Below are positions 1 to 10,084 of a stretch of DNA of 64,000 bases, piece after piece (position 1 is the first letter of the stretch; each line of letters begins with the position of its first letter). The position numbers and the translations under genes are program-made. The stretch comes from Planctomycetota bacterium (GTDB taxonomy: Bacteria; Planctomycetota; Phycisphaerae; WQYP01). The stretch lies in the NCBI GenBank assembly GCA_021852275.1, contig JAJZNX010000025.1:621-64620 (forward strand). The letters are read 5' to 3'. The notes under the pieces are model-generated. The model had not been told where the DNA came from and searched no databases. It worked only from the letters and a program-made list of their open reading frames with translations.

Positions 1-711
1 CCCACCCAGGCCGGACATCGCGGATACAACGGATTTCCCAATGGCTTGGTGTTGGCACAAAAAGGAAGCCCGGTGGTACACTGGTGGCGACACCAACATG
101 AGTTTCACGCGGTGATCAAGCCGTTTGGTTACAACCATGGCCAACTTTCTCACTGGAAGTACGTGGAGGATGTACGGATTGACAAACAGGGGGTGGCGCA
201 TTTCAAATACACTTTTTACAGCCATGAGCGCATCACTCAACGAATGAATGCGGAAATTCCCACGCTCTATTCGGACCGCACAGATGCATTTATGTTTCCG
301 AGGATTTGTCCGTTCAAGAATTCATCGACGGCGAGGCGGGATGCCCGCACCGGTCGATGGCCGGTGAAACTGCTGCGGCCGGCCCCAAGTTGGCCACAGC
401 CGGGGATACGGTCCAAAGGTTGGATTGCCAATATTGATACCGCCGATCATCTGGGCATTTTCTATACTACACCGGTTGGCTTGACAGAGGCGTACGGCAC
501 ATTTCCCGGTGCCGGGGTATCCGACCGGCCGCCGCTGGGCAAGACGAACGTGGCGGCCCTGGGCCTGATTTCCTATCCTGGCGAGATATTTTCGGTGAAA
601 TTTTCGGCCTTGGTGGCCAGGCCAAAGAACGGCCCGGTGCTGATTTCGCGTCAGCAACCGGCGGTGTTTAGAATTATTCACAATGTGGCACCGAAATTGC
701 CACACCCCTGA
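1..711 (+). CDS. hypothetical protein, C-terminal fragment (ORF open at the left window edge)
   Basis: Frame 1 has no stop from base 1 to the TGA at 709-711. The tracked ORF merely begins at a TTG at 46. No motif recognised. Confidence 0.4.
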   Translation, partial: PTQAGHRGYNGFPNGLVLAQKGSPVVHWWRHQHEFHAVIKPFGYNHGQLSHWKYVEDVRIDKQGVAHFKYTFYSHERITQRMNAEIPTLYSDRTDAFMFPRICPFKNSSTARRDARTGRWPVKLLRPAPSWPQPGIRSKGWIANIDTADHLGIFYTTPVGLTEAYGTFPGAGVSDRPPLGKTNVAALGLISYPGEIFSVKFSALVARPKNGPVLISRQQPAVFRIIHNVAPKLPHP

Positions 712-852
712 GTTACGCGGCTGCCGGAGTGGCGCTTGGTCGGGGCTAAGAGAACCTCTGGTCAGCGGTTGGGCAGCAAGCGGAGAAAAGGCCTTAAAAC
801 GTGCTGTTGGAGCAACGTAGCTTGCGTGGCTCTACGACCTAACCCCCCACGT

Positions 853-2022
853 TCAGGCGCTATCGCGGCGGATCAATTCGACCGGGACGGTGCGCTGACG
901 GGCCATGAGCCTGTCCTGCCTCCGCATGGCGAGTTGTTCCAGCAGGAGTTGAGCAGCGTTGATTCCGATGGCCTTGCCATTCTGGCGGATGGTTGTAAGT
1001 GCCGGTGTGAATACACTGGCCATAGCGGTATCGTCGAATCCGATGACGGCGATGTCGTCCGGAATGCGCCGGCCGGAGAGCAGAATGGATTTCATGCCGA
1101 TCATGGCTTCGAAATCATTGCCGAAGAAAATACCATCCGGCGGATACCGCTGGGCCAGCAAGCTACGTATGATGGACTGAAAGCTTTTACGTGCAGAAAA
1201 ACCGCTGGAGTCATCGCAGGAACAGATGCGGCGATAATCCATGGGCACGCCGGCTTCGTTGACAGCCTGCAGAAAACCATCCCTCCTGTCCCGGACGGCG
1301 GATATTCTGAAACTGTGCGTTACAAGGGCGGGCCGCCGACAGCCGCGCTGCAAAAGCAGACGACCGGCCATGCGTCCGCCTTCCCGATTATCGGAGGCAA
1401 CATGCCAGCATGGAATATCGGCAAAGTAGCGGTCTACCAGAACAATAGGCTCACCATCGATTACAGCGCGGACAAGATCTCGCACCACGTGCGGACCGAG
1501 GTTGGAAAAGGCGATAATGCCGTTGCCTTCGCGAATGGTCTGTTCAAGCTGTTCATACTCTTCCTGCTCATCCAGGTGGGTATCGACAACGGTCACGTGC
1601 AACCGCTGGGCGGCGAGAACCTGACGCAGGCCGAGAATAATATCGGCGGCGAATGGATCGCCGAGTCGGGGAATGACCACCGAAACCTTGCGGATGGCAG
1701 CGAGCTGGTGCGTGGGCTGGTCAAGCCCGGAGAGCGTATTCGCTGGGGTTTGGCCGTTATCCGCGGCTCCGACAACGATTTGCGGGGCGTGCCGCGATAC
1801 AAAAGTGCCACGGCCACGGTACGTATGCACAATTCCCTCGGCCGCCATTTTCTGAATAACATTCCAGACGGTGAGAGTAGCGGCACCGGTGCGCGTGGCG
1901 AGTTGGCGGACACTAGGCAGACGGTCTCCGGGGCGAAAATCGGCGCGAGCGATGTGCCCGAGCAGGTAACTGCGGATCTGCTCCTGAACAGATATAGGTT
2001 GGTTGCGTATTACTTTAGCCAT
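853..2022 (-). CDS. transcriptional regulator: GntR-type winged-helix N-terminus fused to a LacI/PBP1-type sugar-binding domain (AraR-like architecture)
   Basis: 389 aa. The N-terminus (RPGDRLPSVRQLATRTGAATLTVWNVIQKMAAEGIVHTYRGRGTFV) is a GntR-type HTH. The rest (VSVVIPRLGDPFAADIILG ... IAVIGFDD) is a LacI/GalR-type ligand domain. It lies divergent from the 2365-9888 locus. Confidence 0.85.
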   Translation of the reverse strand: MAKVIRNQPISVQEQIRSYLLGHIARADFRPGDRLPSVRQLATRTGAATLTVWNVIQKMAAEGIVHTYRGRGTFVSRHAPQIVVGAADNGQTPANTLSGLDQPTHQLAAIRKVSVVIPRLGDPFAADIILGLRQVLAAQRLHVTVVDTHLDEQEEYEQLEQTIREGNGIIAFSNLGPHVVRDLVRAVIDGEPIVLVDRYFADIPCWHVASDNREGGRMAGRLLLQRGCRRPALVTHSFRISAVRDRRDGFLQAVNEAGVPMDYRRICSCDDSSGFSARKSFQSIIRSLLAQRYPPDGIFFGNDFEAMIGMKSILLSGRRIPDDIAVIGFDDTAMASVFTPALTTIRQNGKAIGINAAQLLLEQLAMRRQDRLMARQRTVPVELIRRDSA

Positions 2023-2063
2023 ATTCTAAGCTCCCGGCGGCTGGGCTAAACTTGCTACTGGAT

Positions 2064-2080
2064 CAACGCGGAGTGCGTTG
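2064..2080. promoter_or_regulatory. inverted repeat CAACGC-N5-GCGTTG, candidate operator in the divergent intergenic region
   Basis: Perfect 6-bp arms at 2064-2069 and 2075-2080, about 40 nt upstream of the regulator start codon. Confidence 0.25.
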
Positions 2081-2190
2081 GCAGTATATCTCGCGTCATC
2101 ATACACACTAGCGGTCAAGCCAAGTCTGGCATGATGTTAAGCCTATGAAACAGTATAACACACTTTTTCACATTTTCCAGCAGAATTGCC

Positions 2191-2219
2191 TTGACAATGA
2201 ATGTTTCAGCCGTCATAGT
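2191..2219 (+). promoter_or_regulatory. candidate sigma70-type promoter for the DUF1559 / surface-protein locus
   Basis: TTGACA (2191-2196), a 17-nt spacer, then CATAGT (2214-2219). Sequence match only. Confidence 0.3.
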
Positions 2220-2256
2220 ACAGATAAATATAAGGGCTGCGGCGAGCACCCTGATG

Positions 2257-2272
2257 CCTTGGAACACCAAGG
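2257..2272. promoter_or_regulatory. perfect palindrome CCTTGG-AACA-CCAAGG (operator or 5'-UTR hairpin)
   Basis: 6-bp arms with a 4-nt spacer, located between the candidate promoter and the ATG at 2365. Confidence 0.3.
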
Positions 2273-2364
2273 CGACATTTGCTTAAGCGTGTTGGGTGGT
2301 CTCGCTCCGGCTGGATTTGTGGGGTTGTCGATTACCGAATTGGCGACCCCAGGAGGTTTCACCC

Positions 2365-3312
2365 ATGCGGACGAAACGAACTCGAGCCTTTACTCTACTA
2401 GAATTACTGGTGGTGATTTCCATCATCGCTTTGTTGATTGCCCTGCTTTTACCAGCACTGTCGCAGGCGCGTATTCTGGCGCAGAGGATTCAGTGCGCAT
2501 CGAATTTGCGCCAATTGGCTCTGGGCTTGCAGGAATATGCGAACCAATACAATGATGTATACCCGATGACCAATGATAACGCCAAACCGTTCGGCGGCTT
2601 CCATGGCAGCAGTGGTACTGCAACCAACCAGTGGAATAACTACGGACCAGAGTGGGGGCTATCGGAACTGTTTTACAGTTCATGGGGAATAAGCGGCCCG
2701 TACATGGTGAATATGCGGCCGGGCGTGATGAAGCCGGATCCAGGCGGCATAGCATTTCTGTATTCGACACAGCCAGGCGGAATTAATGCGACCAACCAGA
2801 TTCGAGCAAGTTACTATGACACTACGGCCGGCACCTTGGGTTATGGCCTGCTGCGGCAATGGAATTTTTACGGCGGCTATTGCTATTGGGTGGATCGTGG
2901 CAGCGGCCCCATACCAGCCGGTGGAACTGTTCCGCAGGGATACAGTTCAGCCTACGACATGCGCGTGCTGGAACAGGGATATACGCCGAACTATTCGAGT
3001 GCCAACTTCGGGTTGGATTTTCCGAATCCTGATACGATCCACATGCCGGCAGAAAATCCGCAGTCTAATCCTGGAGCCATCTTGCTTTCAGACATTGCGT
3101 TAGTACAGCCAACGTCGATTGGAGAGGCTCCTCAGGCCGGGCTGGTGTGGACCGGTACGAATGGAGAGCCGGCGTCAAGCCATGTTGATAGCAATAATTT
3201 AGAACTACCGGACGGGGTGCACGAAGTCTATAACGACGGATCTGTGCACTGGGTACCGGTGGGGCTAATCAGAATCCGTTATGTGATGCAGGGGCTGAAT
3301 TTTGCGTGGTGA
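2365..3312 (+). CDS. prepilin-type N-terminal cleavage/methylation domain protein, DUF1559 family
   Basis: ATG at 2365 is preceded by AGGAGG (2351-2356). The N-terminus [30 protein letters not shown] is a type IV pilin-like signal, and the following pattern is typical of the planctomycete DUF1559 expansion. The 23 upstream codons of the tracked ORF have no RBS. Confidence 0.85.
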   Translation: MRTKRTRAFTLLELLVVISIIALLIALLLPALSQARILAQRIQCASNLRQLALGLQEYANQYNDVYPMTNDNAKPFGGFHGSSGTATNQWNNYGPEWGLSELFYSSWGISGPYMVNMRPGVMKPDPGGIAFLYSTQPGGINATNQIRASYYDTTAGTLGYGLLRQWNFYGGYCYWVDRGSGPIPAGGTVPQGYSSAYDMRVLEQGYTPNYSSANFGLDFPNPDTIHMPAENPQSNPGAILLSDIALVQPTSIGEAPQAGLVWTGTNGEPASSHVDSNNLELPDGVHEVYNDGSVHWVPVGLIRIRYVMQGLNFAW

Positions 3313-3479
3313 GCGGCCGGAAGAGAAAAGTCGCACAAATGTTAAATGTGAGGCCGGCATCAGGTCGGACAGACGGCAGTGTAAGAGGGTAACAATGCTG
3401 CAGGATGTTTGCAATGAGAAAAAAAGCAACGTACTGTGTGGTACGTTATTTTGAGGGTTCTTTTTAAGGAGTAGCACCT

Positions 3480-5606
3480 ATGTTCATCTCCACAAACAAA
3501 ACTCACGGTAAGGCAGCCATAATGGCGGCGGCGGCGACACTGGTTGCCATGGGATTGGGGGCGCGGGTCGCCAAGGCCAATTACATCTGGGATCCCAGCA
3601 GCGTCAGTGGAGGCAGTGACGGCAACGGCACATGGTATGGAGCAGGCCTTGGCGCCAATAACTGGTATAATGGCAGCACGGAAACAACCTGGGCCAACAG
3701 CAACACCGCAGTATTTGGCCGGGGGAACACATCGGCATTTACCGTAACCTTGGGGAGCAGCACCAATAGTGCATCGGGATTGATTCTGGGGTTTGACGGT
3801 AACTACACGCTGGCGGCCAACGGTACCAATAATGCACTGGCGGTGACGGGGCAAGTGATTCTCAAGAGAAATACCAGTAGCGGTAACGCCGGCACACTTA
3901 CGCTACAAGGCGTAACGGTGAATAACAGCACCTACAACGGTGGCAGCGACAGTTTGGACAGTGGCGTGTATGACAACGGTACGTTAAATATCGGCAATAG
4001 CACCGCGAGTGCCGTGTTGGAAGTGCAGAATATTGTGGCCGGCGGCGGGTCAGGCATTACTAATTCGACCGCCGGTTCGCTGGGCACGATCAACATCAAC
4101 CAGGGAAGCACGCTGGCAATCAGCGGCAACTCCCGGCTGCAAATTGATTACGGCGAAGCACCGGCCAACGGCACCGGCGGGGCGGTGAACGTGAATGGCG
4201 GAACGGTGACTCTGGGGAGCACCGGGATTATATGGCTTAGCGACGTGAGCGTTAGCGGGGGCGGCACCACATCTGTCGGGACCATGAACGTCGGACAGAC
4301 GGGCTCGGGCAGTTACGTGAGTGCCTCTGAGGCGGAAACTGCTAACAACGGTTTCACCCAGACCGGTGTGCTCAACGTGTACAGCGGCACGGTTAAGCTC
4401 ACCGGCAGCACGTCGATTAATACTGCGGCTGGGTCGACAACAAATGTGAACGTGTCGGGCGGCACGCTTACCGCCAGCGGTACGGTCAATTCGGGCGGCA
4501 GCGGCGCCTACACCGACCTGACCGTCAGCGGCACAGGCATTGTAACTGCCAATGAGATCACCAGCAGCAGTGGTGCAACCACGGGTGTTAATGTCAGCGG
4601 CGGCAGCTTATCGACCAGCGTGATCAGCAGCAGCGGAACTACAAACGTAACCGTGAGTGGTACGGGCACCTTGACGGCCACGAGCACGGGTGGTTCGATT
4701 ACCAGCGGCAGCGGCGGCAAGACAACAATCAATCTTAATGGTGGTACGCTGTCAGTTTATAACATCAGCGCAAATGGTGGCAGCGGCGGAAGTACCACGC
4801 TGACCTTCAACGGCGGTACGCTGCAGGAGAACGGCGGTTCTTCGTTTTCCAAGGGGATTATCAGCAATGCAAATGGTGCCAATCCGACATTGTACGTTGA
4901 TAGCGGCGGAGCGACCATCGACAACAACTCAGCGACTGCATTTGTCTACGTGCCACTACTGACGGGGACGACTTCCGGCGGCGGCCTGACGATTGCCAAC
5001 AGTGGCAGCGGCGGCGAGGTTGGTCTGGAAGGTGGAGGCAACACCTATACGGGTGCGACGGTGGTTGAAGGCAATGCGACCTTGAGTTTGATATACAGCA
5101 GCACGCTGGGCAGCGCATCTACAATTGCCAACAGCAGCCTACTGCAGATTGATGCCGGTGGAACGCTTAACATTGTACCCGACTCTGCGGGACAGCAGAT
5201 CAGCGTTGCAGGTGGCCTGACCCTGGAAGGCGGCACTATTGATGTTCTGTTAGCCACACCGGTGGCTACAACGGAGCTGCAGAATATTCAGGCGACGGTT
5301 GCCGCCACCATCAGCGGAAACAATATCATCAATGTGTCCGCGTCGGGTGCGAACGCGCTTGTACCGGGCACGTATACACTGATATCTGACACCGCCGGCG
5401 GGCTGATTCCAGGTGATTTTATCCTGGCCAGCAATACCGTTACTCTGAACAGTATTACATATGACCTTAGCCTTACCGGGAGCGCCACAACGGAGATGTT
5501 GACCGTGAGCAACGTGCCTGAACCGGCAACGCTGGGAATACTGGCCTTGGGTGGGCTTGGGCTATTGTTGGCAAAACGTCGACTGATGGCAGTGCAGGGC
5601 CGGTGA
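3480..5606 (+). CDS. autotransporter-associated beta-strand repeat protein with a PEP-CTERM sorting signal
   Basis: 708 aa. Signal peptide, then G/T/S/N-rich degenerate beta-strand repeats (e.g. GGGNTYTGATVVEGNATLSL). The C-terminus VPEPATLGILALGGLGLLLAKRR is a PEP-CTERM signal. Confidence 0.85.
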   Translation: MFISTNKTHGKAAIMAAAATLVAMGLGARVAKANYIWDPSSVSGGSDGNGTWYGAGLGANNWYNGSTETTWANSNTAVFGRGNTSAFTVTLGSSTNSASGLILGFDGNYTLAANGTNNALAVTGQVILKRNTSSGNAGTLTLQGVTVNNSTYNGGSDSLDSGVYDNGTLNIGNSTASAVLEVQNIVAGGGSGITNSTAGSLGTININQGSTLAISGNSRLQIDYGEAPANGTGGAVNVNGGTVTLGSTGIIWLSDVSVSGGGTTSVGTMNVGQTGSGSYVSASEAETANNGFTQTGVLNVYSGTVKLTGSTSINTAAGSTTNVNVSGGTLTASGTVNSGGSGAYTDLTVSGTGIVTANEITSSSGATTGVNVSGGSLSTSVISSSGTTNVTVSGTGTLTATSTGGSITSGSGGKTTINLNGGTLSVYNISANGGSGGSTTLTFNGGTLQENGGSSFSKGIISNANGANPTLYVDSGGATIDNNSATAFVYVPLLTGTTSGGGLTIANSGSGGEVGLEGGGNTYTGATVVEGNATLSLIYSSTLGSASTIANSSLLQIDAGGTLNIVPDSAGQQISVAGGLTLEGGTIDVLLATPVATTELQNIQATVAATISGNNIINVSASGANALVPGTYTLISDTAGGLIPGDFILASNTVTLNSITYDLSLTGSATTEMLTVSNVPEPATLGILALGGLGLLLAKRRLMAVQGR

Positions 5607-5739
5607 ACTTGTAACATAGGCTTTGGTTTGGGGATTCCTCTATCGCACAGATGTACATTCAGGTGAGCGGTGAGTGTGTGAAACCGCCTTTGGCGGCAGG
5701 CATAGAGCGCGGTTGTATTGTTTAAGGAGATTGGCGGAA

Positions 5740-7086
5740 ATGCCAGAACGAGGTTTTGATCGCCGGCGATTTCTGAGTACGGCGGCACTTGCCAGCCTGG
5801 CGGCAGCGACTGGGGCCGGCGCAGTAGCTGAGTCGGGCACAGCCAGCGGTAAGGGGATGGCGGCGATGGCGCTTGCCGGCGCACTGAATGTGTGCAATTT
5901 CGGTGCTCGTGGAACTGGGAAAAGCGACGATACCATGGCCATCCAGAAGGCGCTGGATGCTGCTGGCCGCAGGAATGGCCAGGTGGTAACGCTGCCGCCG
6001 GGTAATTACCTGCTGAGAGGTTCACTGCACGTGCCGGAGAATGTGACATTGCAGGGATGCTTCCGGGCACCGCCTAGGCCGGCCGAGGTGGGTCAAAACG
6101 CGAACGTTCATGGTGGTAGCATGCTGGTGGCGGTGGCGGGCAAGGGCCATGCAGACGGGGAGCCACTGATTTCACTCTACGCGAACTCCACACTTTACGG
6201 ACTTGGTATCTTTTATCCTGAGCAGACAGCTCCAAATATGCCGGTGGAATATCCGTGGACGGTGCGGCAAGTCAGCGACAGCGCAGCCATAGTGAATGTG
6301 CTGATAATTAATCCGTGGCAAGCGGTGGATTGTGGCACAGTAACGGGCGGGCGGCACTATATACACGGACTGTATGCTCAGCCGCTGAAAACAGGTTTGT
6401 ATATTGATCGCTGTCTGGACGTGGGGCGAGTGGAAAATGTGCACTTCTGGCCATTCTGGAGCAGCAATCCGGAAACCCTTAAATTCACGTCCACAACGGC
6501 TACGGCATTTCAGATCGGCCGCACAGACTGGCAGTACATGTTCAACTGTTTTGCCATCTGCTGCATGACCGGTTATCACTTCATGCGTACCTCCGACGGT
6601 GCCCCGAACGTGCTGCTGACGCAGTGCGGGTGCGATGAAGGGGCGGCGGGCACAAAGAGCACATCGGTACTGGTGGATGCGTTGGAACAGCATGCGGGGG
6701 TCAGTTTTGTCAACGGGCAGTTCATGGGAGCGCCATCAGTACGTGTCAACAGAGGATGTAATGGCCCGGTGAAATTCACGAACTGCGGTTTCTGGGGTGG
6801 TGCACAGACGAACACAATCGCGCTGCTGGCGGGGACGGGGCAAACCACATTCATGGGCTGTCATTTCGAGTGGTGGGGGCAGCAGAACCATAATACCCCG
6901 GCGATTGAACTGCATTCGGGTTCGATTACGGTGAATGGGTGCGAATTCCTGGACAAAGGTAAATTACAAGTAGCCATTCTGGGTGGCGATGCGGCGATTA
7001 TCACGGCCAACCGCCTGCATGGATCAGCACGCATCGTCAACCATATCGGGAAGCGAGCCAAGATGGCGCTGAATGCGGTGGGGTAA
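5740..7086 (+). CDS. Tat-exported right-handed beta-helix protein (pectate-lyase-superfamily / glycoside-hydrolase-like)
   Basis: ATG at 5740 with AAGGAG at 5724-5729. Twin-arginine signal DRRRFLSTAALASLAAATGAGA. LNVCNFGARGTGKSDDTMAIQKALDAA...VVTLPPGNYLL matches the N-terminal signature of Pectate_lyase_3-type beta-helix enzymes. Confidence 0.7.
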   Translation: MPERGFDRRRFLSTAALASLAAATGAGAVAESGTASGKGMAAMALAGALNVCNFGARGTGKSDDTMAIQKALDAAGRRNGQVVTLPPGNYLLRGSLHVPENVTLQGCFRAPPRPAEVGQNANVHGGSMLVAVAGKGHADGEPLISLYANSTLYGLGIFYPEQTAPNMPVEYPWTVRQVSDSAAIVNVLIINPWQAVDCGTVTGGRHYIHGLYAQPLKTGLYIDRCLDVGRVENVHFWPFWSSNPETLKFTSTTATAFQIGRTDWQYMFNCFAICCMTGYHFMRTSDGAPNVLLTQCGCDEGAAGTKSTSVLVDALEQHAGVSFVNGQFMGAPSVRVNRGCNGPVKFTNCGFWGGAQTNTIALLAGTGQTTFMGCHFEWWGQQNHNTPAIELHSGSITVNGCEFLDKGKLQVAILGGDAAIITANRLHGSARIVNHIGKRAKMALNAVG

Positions 7087-7203
7087 TGTCGGGAAGAGAC
7101 AGGGCGGTGACGCCGCGGAAAGGAAGGCGCAAACCCGGTGGGAGTGTGGCGCGAATTTTCCCGGCAATCCGGGAATAGTCCGGGCGAGAGTGAAGGAGTG
7201 ACA

Positions 7204-9888
7204 ATGAATAAAAATTTAACGTATCTGCTTTTGCTGACGGCCGGAGCGGCATGGTGCACGGGGAGGCCACCGGTTGCACAAGGCCGGGCAATGGGTATAG
7301 ACGTCTCGAATTTTCAGGGGAGTATCAACTGGACGCAGGTGGCCGCGGACAGCGTGGGCGGCAGTTCCATCAGCTTTGCGTGGGCGAAATGTGATGAAGG
7401 CAGCGCAAGTAACGTAGACTACATTGATCCGACTTTTCAAACTAATGTGGCTGGTGCTACAACAGCAGGCATTATGATCGGGGCGTATCATTTAGCACAT
7501 CCGGAGCTTGACACGCCGGCATCCGAGGCGGATTTCTTCGTGGCCAACGCCCGCGCGCAGATTGGTGCCGGCTACCTGCGGCCGGTGCTGGATCTGGAGG
7601 AGGGTGGTGGAGTGCCGGTGGTGGGGGCATCAAGTCTGTCCGGGTGGGTCAATGATTTTTTAAGCGATGTGCAGGCTCTCAGCGGGGTTACGCCGATTAT
7701 CTATACGGACAGCAATTACGCCCAGAGTTACCTTGATTCGAGCGTAGCGAAGAACAATCTCTGGATCGCCAATTATAATTATCCAACGCAATCACAGACG
7801 GCCAGCCCGCCGGTTGGCGTTTTCAATGTCTGGAATTTCTGGCAATACACGGACAGTCTTAGCCTATCTGGCATCAGCGGCAACGTGGACGGCGATGTGG
7901 CTAACGGCCCGGTAAGCTACGTACAGAGCTTTGTGACCCCGATTGACACGCTGCAGTGGAATTCGGGTGAAAGCGGCAGTGGTGGTACTGATGGCAACGG
8001 CACATGGGGCGGGACTGGCAAGCAGTGGTACGACACGACAACTGTGGCCGGTCCTGTGCTGTGGACCACCGGTGACGGGGCGGCGCTCGGCAGTGGAAGT
8101 TCGGGGCAATACACCATTACGCTGACCAATGATGTTATCTGCGGCCAGAATGAAACCGGTACGTCAAATGCGGGGCCGTTTGTCGGCCTGACGGTTGCCT
8201 CCGGCGCCAACTATAACCTGAACGGTTCTGGACAGCTTTACTCGCTGACTGACAATGGCCGATTTCAGGTTAACGGCCGGCTTACCTTGGGAAACATTAC
8301 CCTGGACAATAGTTCGTATGACCATAACGTTTATTCAAGCATATCGGGCGTCTACGGAGGCCAGTTGAACATCGGTGCAGGGGCAAATGTCAATGCGGCG
8401 GAGATTGATGCGGGCGGGGGCAGCGGCGCAACCGGGACGATTAACGTCAATAGCGGAGGCAGTTTACTGGTAGGTTCGCGATTGCAGATCAACTTCGGCA
8501 AGGGGCCGGCCAGCGGTACCGGCGGCGTAGTAAATGTTGAAGGTGGTACGATCAGCTTGGGAAGCAGTGGAATCATCTGGCTTAGCGATGTGAACACGGG
8601 CGGGGGCAGCAATGGATCTGTGGGTACCCTCAACGTGGGTACAGGTGGCACCGGCGGCATTGTTACCGCCCCGGAAATGGAAACGGCATATAACAACACT
8701 GCGCAGACCGGGGTGTTGAATATTTACAGCGGTGCCGTTACACTCACCGGGGGTATTGCTGTTACCGCCAATGGCTCGGCAGTTACGGATGTCAATGTTT
8801 ACGGCGGTACATTTAACGCCGCTTCCGGCACGATTACCTCGGCTGTCGGGGCAGGTACAAACCTGAACGTAACGGGTGGAATCGTTACAGCGGCGACAAT
8901 CGATGCCGCGGGAACCACCAGTATGACCATCAGCGGCAGCGGCATCGTGAAAGCCACGAGTACTGGTGTCGGCGGGTCAATTACCAGTGGCAGCGGCGGT
9001 ACAACGACGATCAATCTTGACGGCGGGGTGCTATTTGTTTACACCATCAGCGGTGCCGGTGACGGGAACACCACACTTAATTTTAACGGCGGAATGCTGC
9101 AGGAAAATGGCGGATCTTCATTCGATCAGAGTATGATCAGCAGCGCCGGTGGATCGAAGCCGAACGTTTATATCGATAGCGGAGGAGGAATCATTGATAA
9201 CAATTCTGCAACTGTAATTGACTATGCACCATTTCTGGCGGGAACAACTTCCGGCGGCGGCCTGACGATTGCCAACAGCGGCAGCGGCGGAGCGGTCGAA
9301 CTGGCAGGTGGAGCCAACACGTACACGGGAGCGACGGAAATTAAATCTGGTGCCACCCTGGCGCTGGCGTACCATAACGGCGTGTCGGCTACGATTGTAG
9401 ACAGCAGGTTGCTGCAGATAGACACGGGAGGTACGTTGGACCTTACGGAGGAGGCGACGGGACAGCAGATCAGCGTTGGCGGATTGAGACTGGCGGGAGG
9501 CACCCTGAGATTCCTGCTGGACGGCAGCCAACTGCAGAGCATTGCCGCGAGCAGTGCCGCAACGGTCAGCGGCACAAACTGGATTGATATTTTTACCAAA
9601 GGATCTTCTCTCACAGTCGGCACGTACAACTTAATCAGTGATGGGCAGGGTGGATTATCAGGTGGAGGAAGCTTGAATTTTGGTAATGGTCTGGATCAGG
9701 AAACGGTTGTTGTTGGTTCTAACGGATACCTATTAACCTTGATAAATTCCGCCACACTGGAGACTTTGACCGTCGGCACGCAAGGGACCATTCCTGAACC
9801 ACCGGCGTTGGGGCTGGTGGCCGAGGCCGTGCTGCTGCTAGGGTGGAGCAGACGCACATACCGCGGTTTTAAACGCCAATGCGTATAA
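7204..9888 (+). CDS. GH25 muramidase (lysozyme) domain fused to beta-strand-repeat region and PEP-CTERM anchor
   Basis: ATG at 7204 follows GAAGGAG, and a signal peptide is present (LTYLLLLTAGAAWC). The GH25 signature runs GIDVSNFQGSINW...GAYHLAHP...LRPVLDLEE...IIYTDSNY...LWIANYN...WNFWQYTD...GNVDGDVANG. About 650 aa are paralogous to 3480-5606. The C-terminus is IPEPPALGLVAEAVLLLGWSRR. Confidence 0.85.
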   Translation: MNKNLTYLLLLTAGAAWCTGRPPVAQGRAMGIDVSNFQGSINWTQVAADSVGGSSISFAWAKCDEGSASNVDYIDPTFQTNVAGATTAGIMIGAYHLAHPELDTPASEADFFVANARAQIGAGYLRPVLDLEEGGGVPVVGASSLSGWVNDFLSDVQALSGVTPIIYTDSNYAQSYLDSSVAKNNLWIANYNYPTQSQTASPPVGVFNVWNFWQYTDSLSLSGISGNVDGDVANGPVSYVQSFVTPIDTLQWNSGESGSGGTDGNGTWGGTGKQWYDTTTVAGPVLWTTGDGAALGSGSSGQYTITLTNDVICGQNETGTSNAGPFVGLTVASGANYNLNGSGQLYSLTDNGRFQVNGRLTLGNITLDNSSYDHNVYSSISGVYGGQLNIGAGANVNAAEIDAGGGSGATGTINVNSGGSLLVGSRLQINFGKGPASGTGGVVNVEGGTISLGSSGIIWLSDVNTGGGSNGSVGTLNVGTGGTGGIVTAPEMETAYNNTAQTGVLNIYSGAVTLTGGIAVTANGSAVTDVNVYGGTFNAASGTITSAVGAGTNLNVTGGIVTAATIDAAGTTSMTISGSGIVKATSTGVGGSITSGSGGTTTINLDGGVLFVYTISGAGDGNTTLNFNGGMLQENGGSSFDQSMISSAGGSKPNVYIDSGGGIIDNNSATVIDYAPFLAGTTSGGGLTIANSGSGGAVELAGGANTYTGATEIKSGATLALAYHNGVSATIVDSRLLQIDTGGTLDLTEEATGQQISVGGLRLAGGTLRFLLDGSQLQSIAASSAATVSGTNWIDIFTKGSSLTVGTYNLISDGQGGLSGGGSLNFGNGLDQETVVVGSNGYLLTLINSATLETLTVGTQGTIPEPPALGLVAEAVLLLGWSRRTYRGFKRQCV

Positions 9889-10084
9889 TCGGGGCAGCGT
9901 CTTGAGATCCAAGGGATGCCCGAACAATTTCGCAACGCTTAATGAATCATGGTATTTTCACGGTGCAAGGAAGAAACGACCGGTTGGCACCTGATGCGAG
10001 ACGACGTTTGGTCAGGAAGTCGGTGGCGAGTAACATGGTTGCGTTTAGCAGTGGGGGGGTACCATGGGATACAGTGGAGTTCAT

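Noticed and set aside
736-2049. 437-aa plus-strand ORF.
   Set aside because: It is entirely antisense to the well-supported GntR/LacI-type regulator (853-2022) and has no recognisable motifs. It is typical of GC-rich antisense ORFs.
5288-6070. 260-aa minus-strand ORF across the end of the PEP-CTERM gene and the start of the beta-helix gene.
   Set aside because: It is antisense to two supported genes and has low-complexity Pro/Ala/Ser-rich composition.
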